Shown piece after piece: positions 20,176 through 30,665 of a stretch of DNA of 64,000 nt (the first letter of the stretch is position 1; the number at the start of each line of letters is the position of its first letter). The notes beneath the pieces are model-generated. The model was not told where the DNA came from, made no database searches, and worked only from the letters and a program-made list of their open reading frames with translations. A program made the translations under genes and the position numbers. The stretch is from Nitrosarchaeum sp. Its GTDB lineage: Archaea; Thermoproteota; Nitrososphaeria; Nitrososphaerales; Nitrosopumilaceae. The stretch is taken from assembly GCA_965223865.1 (NCBI GenBank), contig OZ245020.1, positions 1,856,001-1,920,000 of the forward strand, read 5' to 3'.

Positions 20176-20591
20176 TTATTTGATCAAGTATACTGGAATC
20201 TTGGATTTGTGAAGGACATGGTTTGAGACACTTCCAATCATGTCCCCTTTTGCAGTTCCTGATCCAGTGGTACTCATTACAATGTGGTCAAACTTGCCAT
20301 TTCTTGCAACATTTAGGGTTACGTGGCTTGGGGAACCCCTAAGTAATTTTGTGGCAAACTTGACGTTTTTGTTTCCTGCACGTTTTGTTGCCTTTTTGAG
20401 CAGTGCTTCTCCGTCATCTTGTAATTGCTTATCAAATGCTTTTGTTCTGGGACACCTTCTGGAACATGTGGTATCACATGGATGCATGTTACTTGCCCAT
20501 GGGTAAAGCCTGCAAGAGTTATTGCCCTGTCTAGCGCCTCGAAGGATTTTTTTGAGCCATCAACAGGAACCAAAATTCTGTTAAGATCCAT
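20176..20591 (-). pseudogene. Universal stress protein, frameshifted
   Basis: N-half RILVPVDGS...HVIPHVPEG and C-half ...IGSVSNHVLHKSKIPVYLIK are in different frames; shift near 20452. Confidence 0.88.
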
Positions 20592-20734
20592 AACAATTCA
20601 GCTCAAAAAGGGTTCAATATTAACAGTGATATCCAATTCCATTGCTGGAAAATAATTTGTGTTTTGAAAAGCCATGAACGATTTATTAGTTATTCTTGTT
20701 CCTTTTATTGATATTTTGACGTTATCTATAACAT

Positions 20735-20906
20735 ATGAAGATAGACATTCCAATTTCATGTCCAAAGTGTGATGGAAACATGTACTGTGTTAGTTATGAT
20801 GATAGTACACTACTAAACATACTCAAAAAGAGAAGCTGGCAGTTGTGTAAGAGCTGTGACTGAGATTAGTACTGATGATTTTAAGAAATTGATTTGTTGT
20901 GTATGA
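20735..20906 (+). pseudogene. Small Zn-ribbon protein, probably frameshifted
   Basis: MKIDIPISCPKC...WQLCKSCD stop; tail EISTDDFKKLICCV in an adjacent frame. Confidence 0.5.
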
Positions 20907-20993
20907 ATCTGATTTTATGTGATAACAGTTCTAGGACTGATTGGTTTTCTTGAAGAAGATTATTGTTTCTTAGAAAAACAAAATATGTTTTAG

Positions 20994-21386
20994 CTATTTT
21001 GCAATGTGGTTAACTATATCAGTGGAAGTGACTATTCCAGTAATTTTACCATTCTCAGATACGGCAAGTTTTCTAATTTTTTTGCTACTCATTATTTTTA
21101 CTGCAGAAGATATTGATTCGTCATGATTAATCGTAATTAGTGGAGAAGACATTATTTTTTCAACTGGAGTATCAAATGGAAGACTGTTTGTGGCAACTTT
21201 TGTTGCAAAATCCCTATCAGTAATAATTCCAACAGGAATTTCATTTTCTTTGACAATAATTGCGCCTATTTCTCCTTGTTCCATCATCTTTGCTATTTGA
21301 AGTGCAGTAGTTGCAGGACTTACAGAGATTAATGGAGTACTCATAATATCGGTGACTAGAATTGAAGAAAAATCTCCACTACTCAT
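20994..21386 (-). CDS. CBS-domain pair protein
   Basis: DIMSTPLISV...GIITDRD...IMSSPLITI...GIVTSTDI. Confidence 0.93.
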   Translation of the reverse strand: MSSGDFSSILVTDIMSTPLISVSPATTALQIAKMMEQGEIGAIIVKENEIPVGIITDRDFATKVATNSLPFDTPVEKIMSSPLITINHDESISSAVKIMSSKKIRKLAVSENGKITGIVTSTDIVNHIAK

Positions 21387-21530
21387 TACTGTTGTTATAA
21401 ATAATGATATTTTAAGATATTCATAAATTTTTTAATTTATCGATAAATCTCAAAACAAATCTTTGATTCTTGAGAATATTGAGTCTGAGAGTTGTTATCT
21501 CAGTTTTATTATTTTCAAATATATCATTCT

Positions 21531-21665
21531 ATGAAACTAAAATGTTCTCGCTGTTCTAAAACAACTGATGTTACCATAGATAAACTAGTTTTCGAAAACG
21601 AAGATGAGGAAAATTTTGTAACATATTTGGCAGCAGAACTGTCAAAACCCAAATTGACAAATTGA
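21531..21665 (+). CDS. 44-aa single-CxxC microprotein
   Basis: MKLKCSRCSKTTDVTIDKLVFENEDEENFV...; promoter shared with the next ORF. Confidence 0.55.
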   Translation: MKLKCSRCSKTTDVTIDKLVFENEDEENFVTYLAAELSKPKLTN

Positions 21666-21702
21666 GTTTTGTCGCTTTTATTGATTTGAGTCATATCATT
21701 TC

Positions 21703-21861
21703 ATGAGAATAAGATGTCCAAGCTGTTCCCACAAGTTCACACCATCTGAAGACGAATTGTACCTGGACTATGAGATGAACTATGACAATGATGAGAGGTT
21801 TGTCCGGGAGAGACTGCCAATACTAAAGTCGTCTTTTGTCATTTCTGAAAACAGGGGATAA
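21703..21861 (+). CDS. 52-aa single-CxxC microprotein
   Basis: MRIRCPSCSHKFTPSEDELYLDYEMNYDNDERFV... Confidence 0.55.
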   Translation: MRIRCPSCSHKFTPSEDELYLDYEMNYDNDERFVRERLPILKSSFVISENRG

Positions 21862-21884
21862 TAATCAGCAATAATGGTATTTTT

Positions 21885-22208
21885 TTATTCGGATATATCA
21901 TCTACAAACTTCTTTCTGGCTTTTACTGAGCGATAAAACCTTGCCCAAAATACAAGAGCAATTCCTGCCATCGATATGACATGAATGGATGAACCCAAAT
22001 TCTCCAACAACGGATTTTCAATATATTCAAAATCAAACATTACGTCAATTATTTCTGAAATTATCAGTATTGTTAATACCATGGAAATCTGAAATTGGAA
22101 ACTTTTGATTTTTCTGTGCTGTATTGCAAGTATGCCAAATATTGTCAATGTCGCCAAAAGAAGCAAAAAGGTGACATTGCTAAATATCAAAACTAGAAAG
22201 TCAATCAT
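21885..22208 (-). CDS. Small 3-TM membrane protein
   Basis: Hydrophobic helices; translationally coupled to the upstream gene. Confidence 0.8.
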   Translation of the reverse strand: MIDFLVLIFSNVTFLLLLATLTIFGILAIQHRKIKSFQFQISMVLTILIISEIIDVMFDFEYIENPLLENLGSSIHVISMAGIALVFWARFYRSVKARKKFVDDISE

Positions 22209-22489
22209 GCATCAACACTTCTTTTTGCATTAATTCGTGTTTTTAGGTACGCCAATCCAAAAACAATCAAAACAGCATAAGACAGTGGCTCCACAATTGT
22301 TTCAGCTGCAATTTCATAGTGTAAAACCTCCAAAACATGGTAGAGTCCGTGAATTACGGCAAATACCGATAGTGCACCCATCGGAATCCTGAGATCATTG
22401 TTTTTGAGCCTGATACTGAAATAGATGGGCACAATGGCTGCGGCAAAAATCAAAATTCCACTTGCCAGATCAAAACCTGATGATGTCAT
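22205..22489 (-). CDS. Small 3-TM membrane protein
   Basis: Hydrophobic helices with HGLYH. Confidence 0.8.
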   Translation of the reverse strand: MTSSGFDLASGILIFAAAIVPIYFSIRLKNNDLRIPMGALSVFAVIHGLYHVLEVLHYEIAAETIVEPLSYAVLIVFGLAYLKTRINAKRSVDA

Positions 22490-22495
22490 CTGTTT

Positions 22496-22858
22496 TTATT
22501 CCTCCATGGAAAAAAATTCCCTTGCCGCAAGATCCAGCCTGGTTGTGTTCTCTTCAACTTCAACAGAAACGTTGTCATCCTCATAGTTTACCTTGATGGA
22601 TTTTATCGTACTCTTAAACAAGCTGAATTTCTTGCCATCCTCTCTTATCTCGATCCTGTCAGTTACCAGCAGGTTGTTCTCTAGCATCCACTTTATCTTC
22701 CTGTAGACTGTGCTGTGAGAAATGTTGTGTAGTTTCATCAATGCCGGTACAGATTTTGAGTTTTGTTTGGTGGAATTGAATATTCTGACAATGTCTTCAT
22801 CAGACAATGCAGTCAACAAAACCTGTTTGAATTTTTCATTTGTAATAATCAAATACAA
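22496..22858 (-). CDS. Winged-helix transcriptional regulator (ArsR-like)
   Basis: LTALSD...ISHSTVYRKIKWMLENNLL...DGKKFSLFKS. Confidence 0.85.
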   Translation of the reverse strand: MYLIITNEKFKQVLLTALSDEDIVRIFNSTKQNSKSVPALMKLHNISHSTVYRKIKWMLENNLLVTDRIEIREDGKKFSLFKSTIKSIKVNYEDDNVSVEVEENTTRLDLAAREFFSMEE

Positions 22859-22941
22859 TCACTTTAGATGCCGATATGATTAGTAGATGGCAAATTGGCT
22901 TTAAGGGTTAAACACAAATTCTACTTTATAGTTTATGTAGA

Positions 22942-22970
22942 TCTCACTATGTGAGTCCTACATTGTGGGA
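22942..22970. promoter_or_regulatory. Tandem imperfect palindromes between divergent regulator and copper-protein genes
   Basis: TCTCACTATGTGAGT overlapping TCCTACATTGTGGGA. Confidence 0.5.
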
Positions 22971-22997
22971 TTTGTCTTTTCGTTTTAATCTTGATCA

Positions 22998-24848
22998 TTG
23001 GTACCTACTCCAATGACTTTAACAAAGAAGACAAAATCGATGTACTTTACTACAACGATACTATCTGTACTGACTATAGCACTGTTCACAATTAGTCCAA
23101 TTAATAATGCAGAGGCAGGCGGAGGAGATGATCGCATAGAGTTTGATGTTACTGATACCCCAGGACACTGGTTTGACACTGGCAATGATATTGCAGGAAC
23201 TCGTTCCCTTGCAGTGGCAAGTCCTGACGTAGAGGTAAAGTTTAGAGGAGAGTCAAACACGGTTCACACATACACCAGCTTGCTGTATCCTACAGGTGCT
23301 GCAAACATGCCTTTTGAAACCGAAGCCCAAAAGGGAAGTGAAGAGGTGGATTTGGAGACTCCTGGCCTTTACGTGTTTACATGCCAGATTCATCCATACA
23401 TGTTTGGCGCTGTAATAGTTGATGATCCTTCAACTGCAGGACTTGATCTTGGAGAGGAGATAACTACAATCAATGGAATTACGGTTCCTACAAGCAGTGA
23501 TCTTGCAACAAGACTGTTGAGGACATTCTTTATTGCGACAAACCCTGACAACTGGCAGGACTATACATCACCTGCACCATGGCATGTGACATACCCAGAT
23601 GTGGATGTCCGAATAACTGGCGGAGCAGTGGTTAATCTGCCTGCGGTATTGGATGCAAGGTATGGAAATGACATTGCCCTAGAAGGCTTGTTTAATCCTT
23701 CAACTCCTGGAGTTGGTGAGGTATGGGTAAATACTCAGTTTGAGTTAACATCAGGAAAAGACAAACCTGGTACTGCTACTGTAATTAATGCACAGACATG
23801 GGAGCCAGAAAGAAAGGTATCGCTGCCACAGATTGAGATGAACAATCCTCACAACATGTGGACTGACAGAGACCAGAACCTGATATACCAAACACAGTGG
23901 TTTGATTCCAAGCTTACGGTGTTTGACAGGGAAACTGGAAAGCTTGTCAAAAACATCAGCGTTGGAGAGTCTCCTGCTCATGTCATGACCAGGGTTGACA
24001 CTGACCATATTCACGTTACACTAAACGGTGAGGAGGACAGCAGGTCTGTAGTTGAGCTAAAACCTTTGGCAAAAGGAGTTGAAAGAGAGATTGACATCGG
24101 ACGAGGACATCCGCATGCTCATTGGATGAGCCATGACGGACAAACAATGGTAACACCCAATGTGCTTGACTCTGATTCAACAATCTATGACTTTGATTCA
24201 GACTCTGTTACTGCAATAACTGATGCAGGTTCTCATCCCATTGCAACTGGTATGATGCCTGATTCAAGCAAATACTATGTAGCAAACCTACTTGACAGCA
24301 CCATGACAGTAATTGAGACCTCTTCTGGAGATGTACTTGGTACAGTCAACCTGATTGCAGACTATGACCCAATCAGCGGTACAATAACCGGCCCGGTGGG
24401 TGCATTGCCAATACAGACCCCAGTGAGCCCTGATGGCAACTATATGGTTACTGCAAATACGTTAACTGGAACCATCACCATATTAGACACTGACACAGAT
24501 CAGTTAGTTGCAATGCTTCCATGTGATCCTGGATGCCACGGAGTCCAGTTTGGAGCAAAGGAAGGTGGAGGATACTATGCATATGTCTCAAGCAAGTTCT
24601 CAAATGAGTTAATTGTGGTAGATGCAGATCCTGACAACAACGGTGATGCATCAGATGCACAGATTGCGGGTCGTGTAGCGTTGGTCTCATTGCCAAGTAC
24701 TGCCATTGATGATACAATAATAGGAAGTGATGGCATGGGAGGACAAGGAGTGTTAACGATTCCATTGCCCTATAATGGCTGGGTTCAAAACCTTCCAGAT
24801 TCTTGGAAGAGCCAACTAACTGCAGAACAGCAAAACCCAATCCAATAA
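22998..24848 (+). CDS. Secreted cupredoxin (type-1 Cu) + His-rich beta-propeller protein
   Basis: Signal peptide; NTVHT...PGLYVFTCQIHPYM type-1 Cu ligands; YVTN-like blades (VSPDG, MPDSSKYYVANL). Confidence 0.85.
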   Translation: MVPTPMTLTKKTKSMYFTTTILSVLTIALFTISPINNAEAGGGDDRIEFDVTDTPGHWFDTGNDIAGTRSLAVASPDVEVKFRGESNTVHTYTSLLYPTGAANMPFETEAQKGSEEVDLETPGLYVFTCQIHPYMFGAVIVDDPSTAGLDLGEEITTINGITVPTSSDLATRLLRTFFIATNPDNWQDYTSPAPWHVTYPDVDVRITGGAVVNLPAVLDARYGNDIALEGLFNPSTPGVGEVWVNTQFELTSGKDKPGTATVINAQTWEPERKVSLPQIEMNNPHNMWTDRDQNLIYQTQWFDSKLTVFDRETGKLVKNISVGESPAHVMTRVDTDHIHVTLNGEEDSRSVVELKPLAKGVEREIDIGRGHPHAHWMSHDGQTMVTPNVLDSDSTIYDFDSDSVTAITDAGSHPIATGMMPDSSKYYVANLLDSTMTVIETSSGDVLGTVNLIADYDPISGTITGPVGALPIQTPVSPDGNYMVTANTLTGTITILDTDTDQLVAMLPCDPGCHGVQFGAKEGGGYYAYVSSKFSNELIVVDADPDNNGDASDAQIAGRVALVSLPSTAIDDTIIGSDGMGGQGVLTIPLPYNGWVQNLPDSWKSQLTAEQQNPIQ

Positions 24849-24889
24849 CTTTTTTCTTTTTATTTTTTAAGAAATGCTTATTCTATTTT

Positions 24890-27447
24890 GTGGAATCCAG
24901 AATATTTCTAGCTACATTATTGATATTTGGCAATGTGACCATATTGTACAATAGTACAGCGTATGCTGATGAAATAATTTTGTTTGAAACTCTTCGCAGA
25001 TCAGGAAGTGATGAAGTATCAACTGACAACCTGTACAAAGAAAGATGCTGGGTAAATGTACAAATTACAATAAAATCATCACATCACAACATCTACCACA
25101 GAAACAATCCAGACAAGACATTTTATCCTGCTGATGCCTTTGATTACGAAATTAATACTTGGATTGAAGGATGCCGTCACTTCCAACCCTGTCCTTTACA
25201 ATCTACTACCTTGATTGATGTTCCAAACGGGCCTGCATGTGAGATACATGGACATGATTCTGAAGATGACACAGTTGGTGGGACATATGGTGCTGCATCA
25301 AACTCTGGCACTGCAGTAATTCCAGCTGATTTTGACGATTTAGATTCAGCATCAATATCAAAGAGAGCTTCAGCTGAACAATACGTCTGCAACAAGGCAG
25401 GAACAAAGTGGGTTTGTGGATGGCCTACAAGGACTGCATCTGCAAGCTATTCTCCAAATGTAATACAGCCAAACATGGAAGTCACAATGGAGACCGTCGG
25501 ATACGAGTTCACAGAAGAAGATGGTCACATATCTAGAAATCTTGATGAATCCTATTACGTTTGGGATGCAATCAATGTTGTTCACAGTCCATTATACAAG
25601 TGGAAAAATGATAGAGTTGGAACCTTGTTTGTAGAGATTGAAAAGAGTCATGATCCTCTAGTCTTAGAAGATGAATTCTTTTGTGAATCTGCAAGCTGCA
25701 TCAACACAATGGAGATTCCAGGATTCAAACCATGGACTTGGGAGTTTGATTATGGCGATGGTAACACAGTGTACAATGCAACATCCCTTGCTGACATTGG
25801 AGAGCATGAAATTGAATATACCACAACGCTTTACAACATTGTACCGCAGATTGATCAGAACATCAACTCAACAAATGTTCTAGTTGTGGAATACGAGCCA
25901 ATCTATGACGCATATGTGTATCCTGTATTGTCCGATGACCAAAGACTAGCCATTCATGATAGGATGGGTGTTGCACTACACTATTTTGGCTCTGAGAGTA
26001 CAGATGCAAATCCTGATGATGAAATAGGTATTCATGAGGACAGACGTTCTAAAATTAATGATTATTTCTATTCAACTTGGGGCGAGGACCCTTGGAAATA
26101 CGAACTGCTAGATGGCACTGTAGCTGATACAGATTACTCTGATAGTATGGATTTGATATGGGATGAGGCACATGATGTTGGAATTGTAACTAACGAATTA
26201 CCTGTAAAAATATCTGAAGATATTACAGATAAATTGATTCCAACTGAATTTCCAAACGTAGTACCTTTTGAAGTTGTACAGCATGAGACTGCAAACTTTC
26301 TCAAAGCAGGTTACGGCAAAATCAAATTTGAGTATCCAGGTCTATATGATGTTCTAGTGGATCCGGTACTGAACATTCCAAAGTTTGAGAATGCCACCGT
26401 ATATGATACATTGCAATCATCATACTTTGCAGGACATGAAGTTACTCATCTGACAAACACAGAATACATGTATCCAGAATCATTTTTTCACAATACCTTG
26501 AGTGTAACAGCATTTGATGCAGACACAAATCAAGATGATTCAGTTGAAATCAAATTGGAACTCATACCTAGATTAGATATTCCAGGTACACAATATATTG
26601 ACGGATATATGCATGACAAGATTCTGTTTGATACCCAAGATGACGGATTATCCCAAATAATAACCGGTCTAGACATTGACAAAAATTCTATTGCCATAGT
26701 CAATGGACATGATATCTACGTTTTAGATGATCTTGAAAATTCTGGTTTTGGTTCTGTATCAATAGACAAAACTAGACGAATCCTGTCATCATTTACACAA
26801 TATGATACGATAGTAGATCAAACGTTTGCAAACGATGATGTGACTGATATTTCAGACAAGTATCTATTGGATACTGAAGATGCAATATTGCCTATTCCGT
26901 TGACAACTGGTCTGGATGCACTGTCACCATTTACCATATCCATCACTGCAAATAATGGAATCGATGAAATTACAAACACGTTTGATCAGACATGGTATGA
27001 TTTTTCAATTGACTACTCTTATGAGATAAACATGAATGATGATAACATATTAGACATCAAAAGAGACGAGGCAAATCCCAGAGTTTTGCTGTATCAGTAT
27101 GATGATAACTTTGGAGAAATAGAGTCATTGAAGATAAATGACGTTACAATTAGTGATGAAGATTTACTAGAATGCTTCAATATAAAATCTCTAAACACTT
27201 GTGTAGTTTCAGTACCACAAAAACATCAATTAGATGAGCTAAACATTACTGCAACTAACATTTGGAATGGGAAAGCATCTGCAACATTACCTGAAATTGA
27301 TGAAAATATTTTGAATCCGAAACCACCTGATGCAGAACATCTGATATTTGATGGAATTTTAGAATCATGGATAGTCATACTTTGGTGTTTTTGCTGATGA
27401 TACTTACAGTATTTTGGATTGTCAAAAAATACCAATCAGACAAGTAA
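24890..27447 (+). CDS. Large surface protein, copy B (C-terminal anchor frameshifted near 27381)
   Basis: Paralog of 6865-9450; ORF stops at 27397 but the TM tail VFLLMILTVFWIVKKYQSDK continues in another frame to 27447. Confidence 0.85.
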
Positions 27448-27497
27448 ATCTGAAAATTATCAAGACTTATCAATCCCTTCTGATTTATTGTGACATC

Positions 27498-27647
27498 TTG
27501 ACAATTCAAGATAAGGAAAAATTCGTTCAGGAATTTCGATCTATTCTAGACATGAATAACTATGATTATGATGAGATGAACGCAAGACTGGCAGAAATTA
27601 TCAAGAATGTGAGAAAATCATATCCTGCTGGCAGAGATGATTATTGA
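27498..27647 (+). CDS. ~49-aa helical protein, copy B
   Basis: KEKFVQEFRSIL...RLAEIIKNVRKSYPAGRDDY matches 6636-6791. Confidence 0.8.
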   Translation: MTIQDKEKFVQEFRSILDMNNYDYDEMNARLAEIIKNVRKSYPAGRDDY

Positions 27648-27745
27648 TTAAACTATATAGATTTAGGTTAAATTCGTACTCATACTAGGCATATGGTATA
27701 TTGTATAGTGATGTTTTTAGGTATGAATTCAGATCTATAGTTTTG

Positions 27746-27886
27746 ATGAATACATCGACAAAAGACGAGATCATAAATGATTTTGTAGGTGTGATTAACC
27801 AGATTGACCACAAGCCATCTGATGAGATAGAATCCAGCCTGCAAAAAATAGTACATAAGGTCAGACCTCATATTCATAAAGTCTAA
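27746..27886 (+). CDS. 46-aa helical protein, distant paralog of the preceding ORF
   Basis: KDEIINDFVGVI...EIESSLQKIVHKVR. Confidence 0.6.
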   Translation: MNTSTKDEIINDFVGVINQIDHKPSDEIESSLQKIVHKVRPHIHKV

Positions 27887-27934
27887 CCTGTGGATTTCTC
27901 ATCTACTTATGTTTTGGCCTTTTTAAAATAATTA

Positions 27935-28135
27935 ATGTTTTACTGTGTGAAATCAGTCAAACTGCAACACAGAACATACCTTGGAAAAGACAACAAAACA
28001 AAATATCTTCAACACAGAATCAACATTCCTCATGAAATAATCAGAAAATTAAACTGGACAGAAGAGAATCAAATCATTCTAAAGATAAACATAAAGAAGA
28101 AAATCATAATTTTGGAGCTTAAGACCAAAAACTAG
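27935..28135 (+). CDS. AbrB/SpoVT-like small DNA-binding protein
   Basis: QHRINIPHEIIRKLNWTEENQIILKINIKKKIIILE. Confidence 0.7.
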   Translation: MFYCVKSVKLQHRTYLGKDNKTKYLQHRINIPHEIIRKLNWTEENQIILKINIKKKIIILELKTKN

Positions 28136-28302
28136 CGCTAGTATCTTGGTGACAGCTCTGATAAATATCACTCTGTAAAATATTTACATATGTACTATAT
28201 GCTATATGTAATTCATCATAATAATATGAGCTCTATGTACTGTCCTTGAATCAACGATAATTCATACGTCAGCATTATATCCTAAAATGTCATCTACATT
28301 TT

Positions 28303-28431
28303 ATGCAGACTGCTACAACCTGGAAATGCTACAGATGTAACCTAATATTTAACAAAGAACAGATAGCTGCTACACATCATGATATATTCAAACACCCTGT
28401 ACAAAAGATAGAGCTCTCAATTCTAAACTAA
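28303..28431 (+). CDS. 42-aa C2H2-type zinc-finger microprotein, copy B
   Basis: MQTATTWKCYRCNLIFNKEQIAATHHDIFKHPVQKIELSILN. Confidence 0.85.
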   Translation: MQTATTWKCYRCNLIFNKEQIAATHHDIFKHPVQKIELSILN

Positions 28432-28699
28432 TCTTTTCTTTTTTTAAATTAATTAAGATGCACTTTGATGAAAAATTCTACATATGATGTTTGTTGTTGT
28501 TAATGATACAGTAATTGTTTATTATTGTCATTTAATGTGTCATGAAATAGCTCCTGATACAATAAATCAAATTCTGCAAAAAATACAATTCAAGACACAA
28601 TTTCTAGCTACTTTTCTACTACTATATAGATTACAAACAATACAGAATCTATAATGTGATTGCACATGTAGTGATGCACATAACTTGTCTTAACAGAGA

Positions 28700-30317
28700 T
28701 TGAAACTTCACTCATTTGTCATTACGACGTTTATCTTTTTTTCATTGGGTTCTATGTCACTGATATTCACAAATATGTCATTTGCAGAAAGTGAGAAAAA
28801 AAGCATGATTGTGACGCCTCTTGGCACCTACGAATCAGGCATATACGACAAAGCCGGTGCAGAAATAGTGACACATGATCATACAACTCAACGTCTGTTT
28901 GTCACAAATGATCATTCTCAAACTATAGATGTACTTGATATTAGTAATCCAAAAAACCCCATACTGGAATTCTCCATAGATGTTACACCATATGGTAATT
29001 TGGTCAACAGCATTGATGTGCATAACCAAATCATTGCAGCTGCAATAGAACCTGAATCACACGACCATCTTGGCAAAGTAGTTTTTTTTTGATATACACG
29101 GAAATTACTTGAATGGTGTTCAAGTAGGTTTTCTTCCAGATATGTTGACCTTCACTCCTGTAGGTGACAAGATACTGGTTGCAAATGAGGGAGAACCCAA
29201 ATCTTATTGTAATGATAGCCAAAATGATCCTGAAGGCTCAATAAGCATAATTGACATATCAAACAACAAAATACAAAATCCTATCGTTACTGCTATAGGT
29301 TTTGATCAGTTTAATGGACAAGAAGAAAAACTGCAAGAAAAAGGAATCAGAATATTTGGTCCAGGTGCCACATCTGCACAAGATTTAGAACCAGAATACA
29401 TTACGATTTTACCTGATGGCAAAACAGCAGCAATAAGCCTGCAAGAAAATAATGCAGTAGCAATCCTGGATATTGATTCAGCACAAATAACAGAACTACT
29501 GCCTATGGGATACGTAGATCATAGCATCTTAAAAAACAAGATTGATGCAAGCGATGAGGATGGTAAAATCAACATTTCAAACTGGCCAGTCAAGGGAATG
29601 AGACAGCCTGACGGGATTGACTCTTTTGTTGTAAATAATGACATATTTTTGATCACTGCAAATGAGGGAGATCCTCGAAATTATGGTTGTATAGTCAATT
29701 ATGAGGATACAGAAGAGGAAAAGGTATCAGATATTTTATTGGACTCTGATTCATTTCCAGACAAACATATACTGCAAAAAGATGAAAATCTGGGACGTCT
29801 GAAGGTAAGCTTGCTAGAAGGCGATACTGACAACGATGGCGATTACGATGAACTCTTCACATTTGGCAGCAGGTCATTTTCCATATGGACTGTTGATGGC
29901 CAGCTAGGGTATGATAGTGGAGATGACTTTGAACAGATTATTGCATCCAAGTTTCCAGACAACTTTAATGCAAATCACTACTACAACGAATTTGACAAAC
30001 GAAGTAACAACAGGGGCCCTGAACCTGAAGGAGTGATTGTTGAAAGAATAGGTGCAAAACAGTTTGCATTTATTGGTCTTGAGAGAATGGGTGGAATGAT
30101 GATATATGACGTAACTAATCCATATAATCCAGAATTTGTTGATTACATAAACAACAGAAACTTTGCAGTAGATCCTTCAAAAGAATTGTCTGGTGCAGGG
30201 GACCTTGGACCAGAAGAACTCTTGTTTATACCCAAATATCACAGTGCTATAGACAATCCTCTACTAGTAGTTGCAAATGAGGTAAGTGGAACTATAACCA
30301 TTTACAAAATTGAATGA
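28700..30317 (+). pseudogene. Choice-of-anchor I / alkaline-phosphatase-like beta-propeller, frameshifted at T9
   Basis: AEIV, LPDMLTFTP, VANEGEP, DLEPEYI, QPDGI, ANEGD, FGSRSFSI, GPEPEG; split at 29082-29090. Confidence 0.9.
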
Positions 30318-30558
30318 ATCAATCATTCAATTTTCTTTTATACTATTTCACATATTGTAGTTTGGAATTCACACGGTGGAGTCATTCAGCCGTTTAACCG
30401 ACCATATACCTACTAGGGTTGGGCAATATTGGCCCAATTCTAAATTATTGTTATTCTATGATCAAAGAATATGGTTTTATTTTTTCATACTTTTCACTGA
30501 TGATTTGTATGAACAAATTATTTTTGAATCTTTTATACAAACTTTGTAAAGAGATGTC

Positions 30559-30630
30559 ATGAATCAATCTAATCTAACTTGGGAAAAAGTGCAAGGATTA
30601 TTGTGGATATTTGTTGAAGATAACGAATAA
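30559..30630 (+). CDS. 23-aa micropeptide, copy B
   Basis: MNQSNLTWEKVQGLLWIFVEDNE. Confidence 0.7.
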   Translation: MNQSNLTWEKVQGLLWIFVEDNE

Positions 30631-30665
30631 TCTCGTTACTTTTAAAGAAATTCAGATAGTCTTTT

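Noticed and set aside
22998-24848. Calling the copper propeller NosZ or NirK
   Set aside because: Mononuclear type-1 ligands, reversed domain order, no CuA motif and no nos accessory genes
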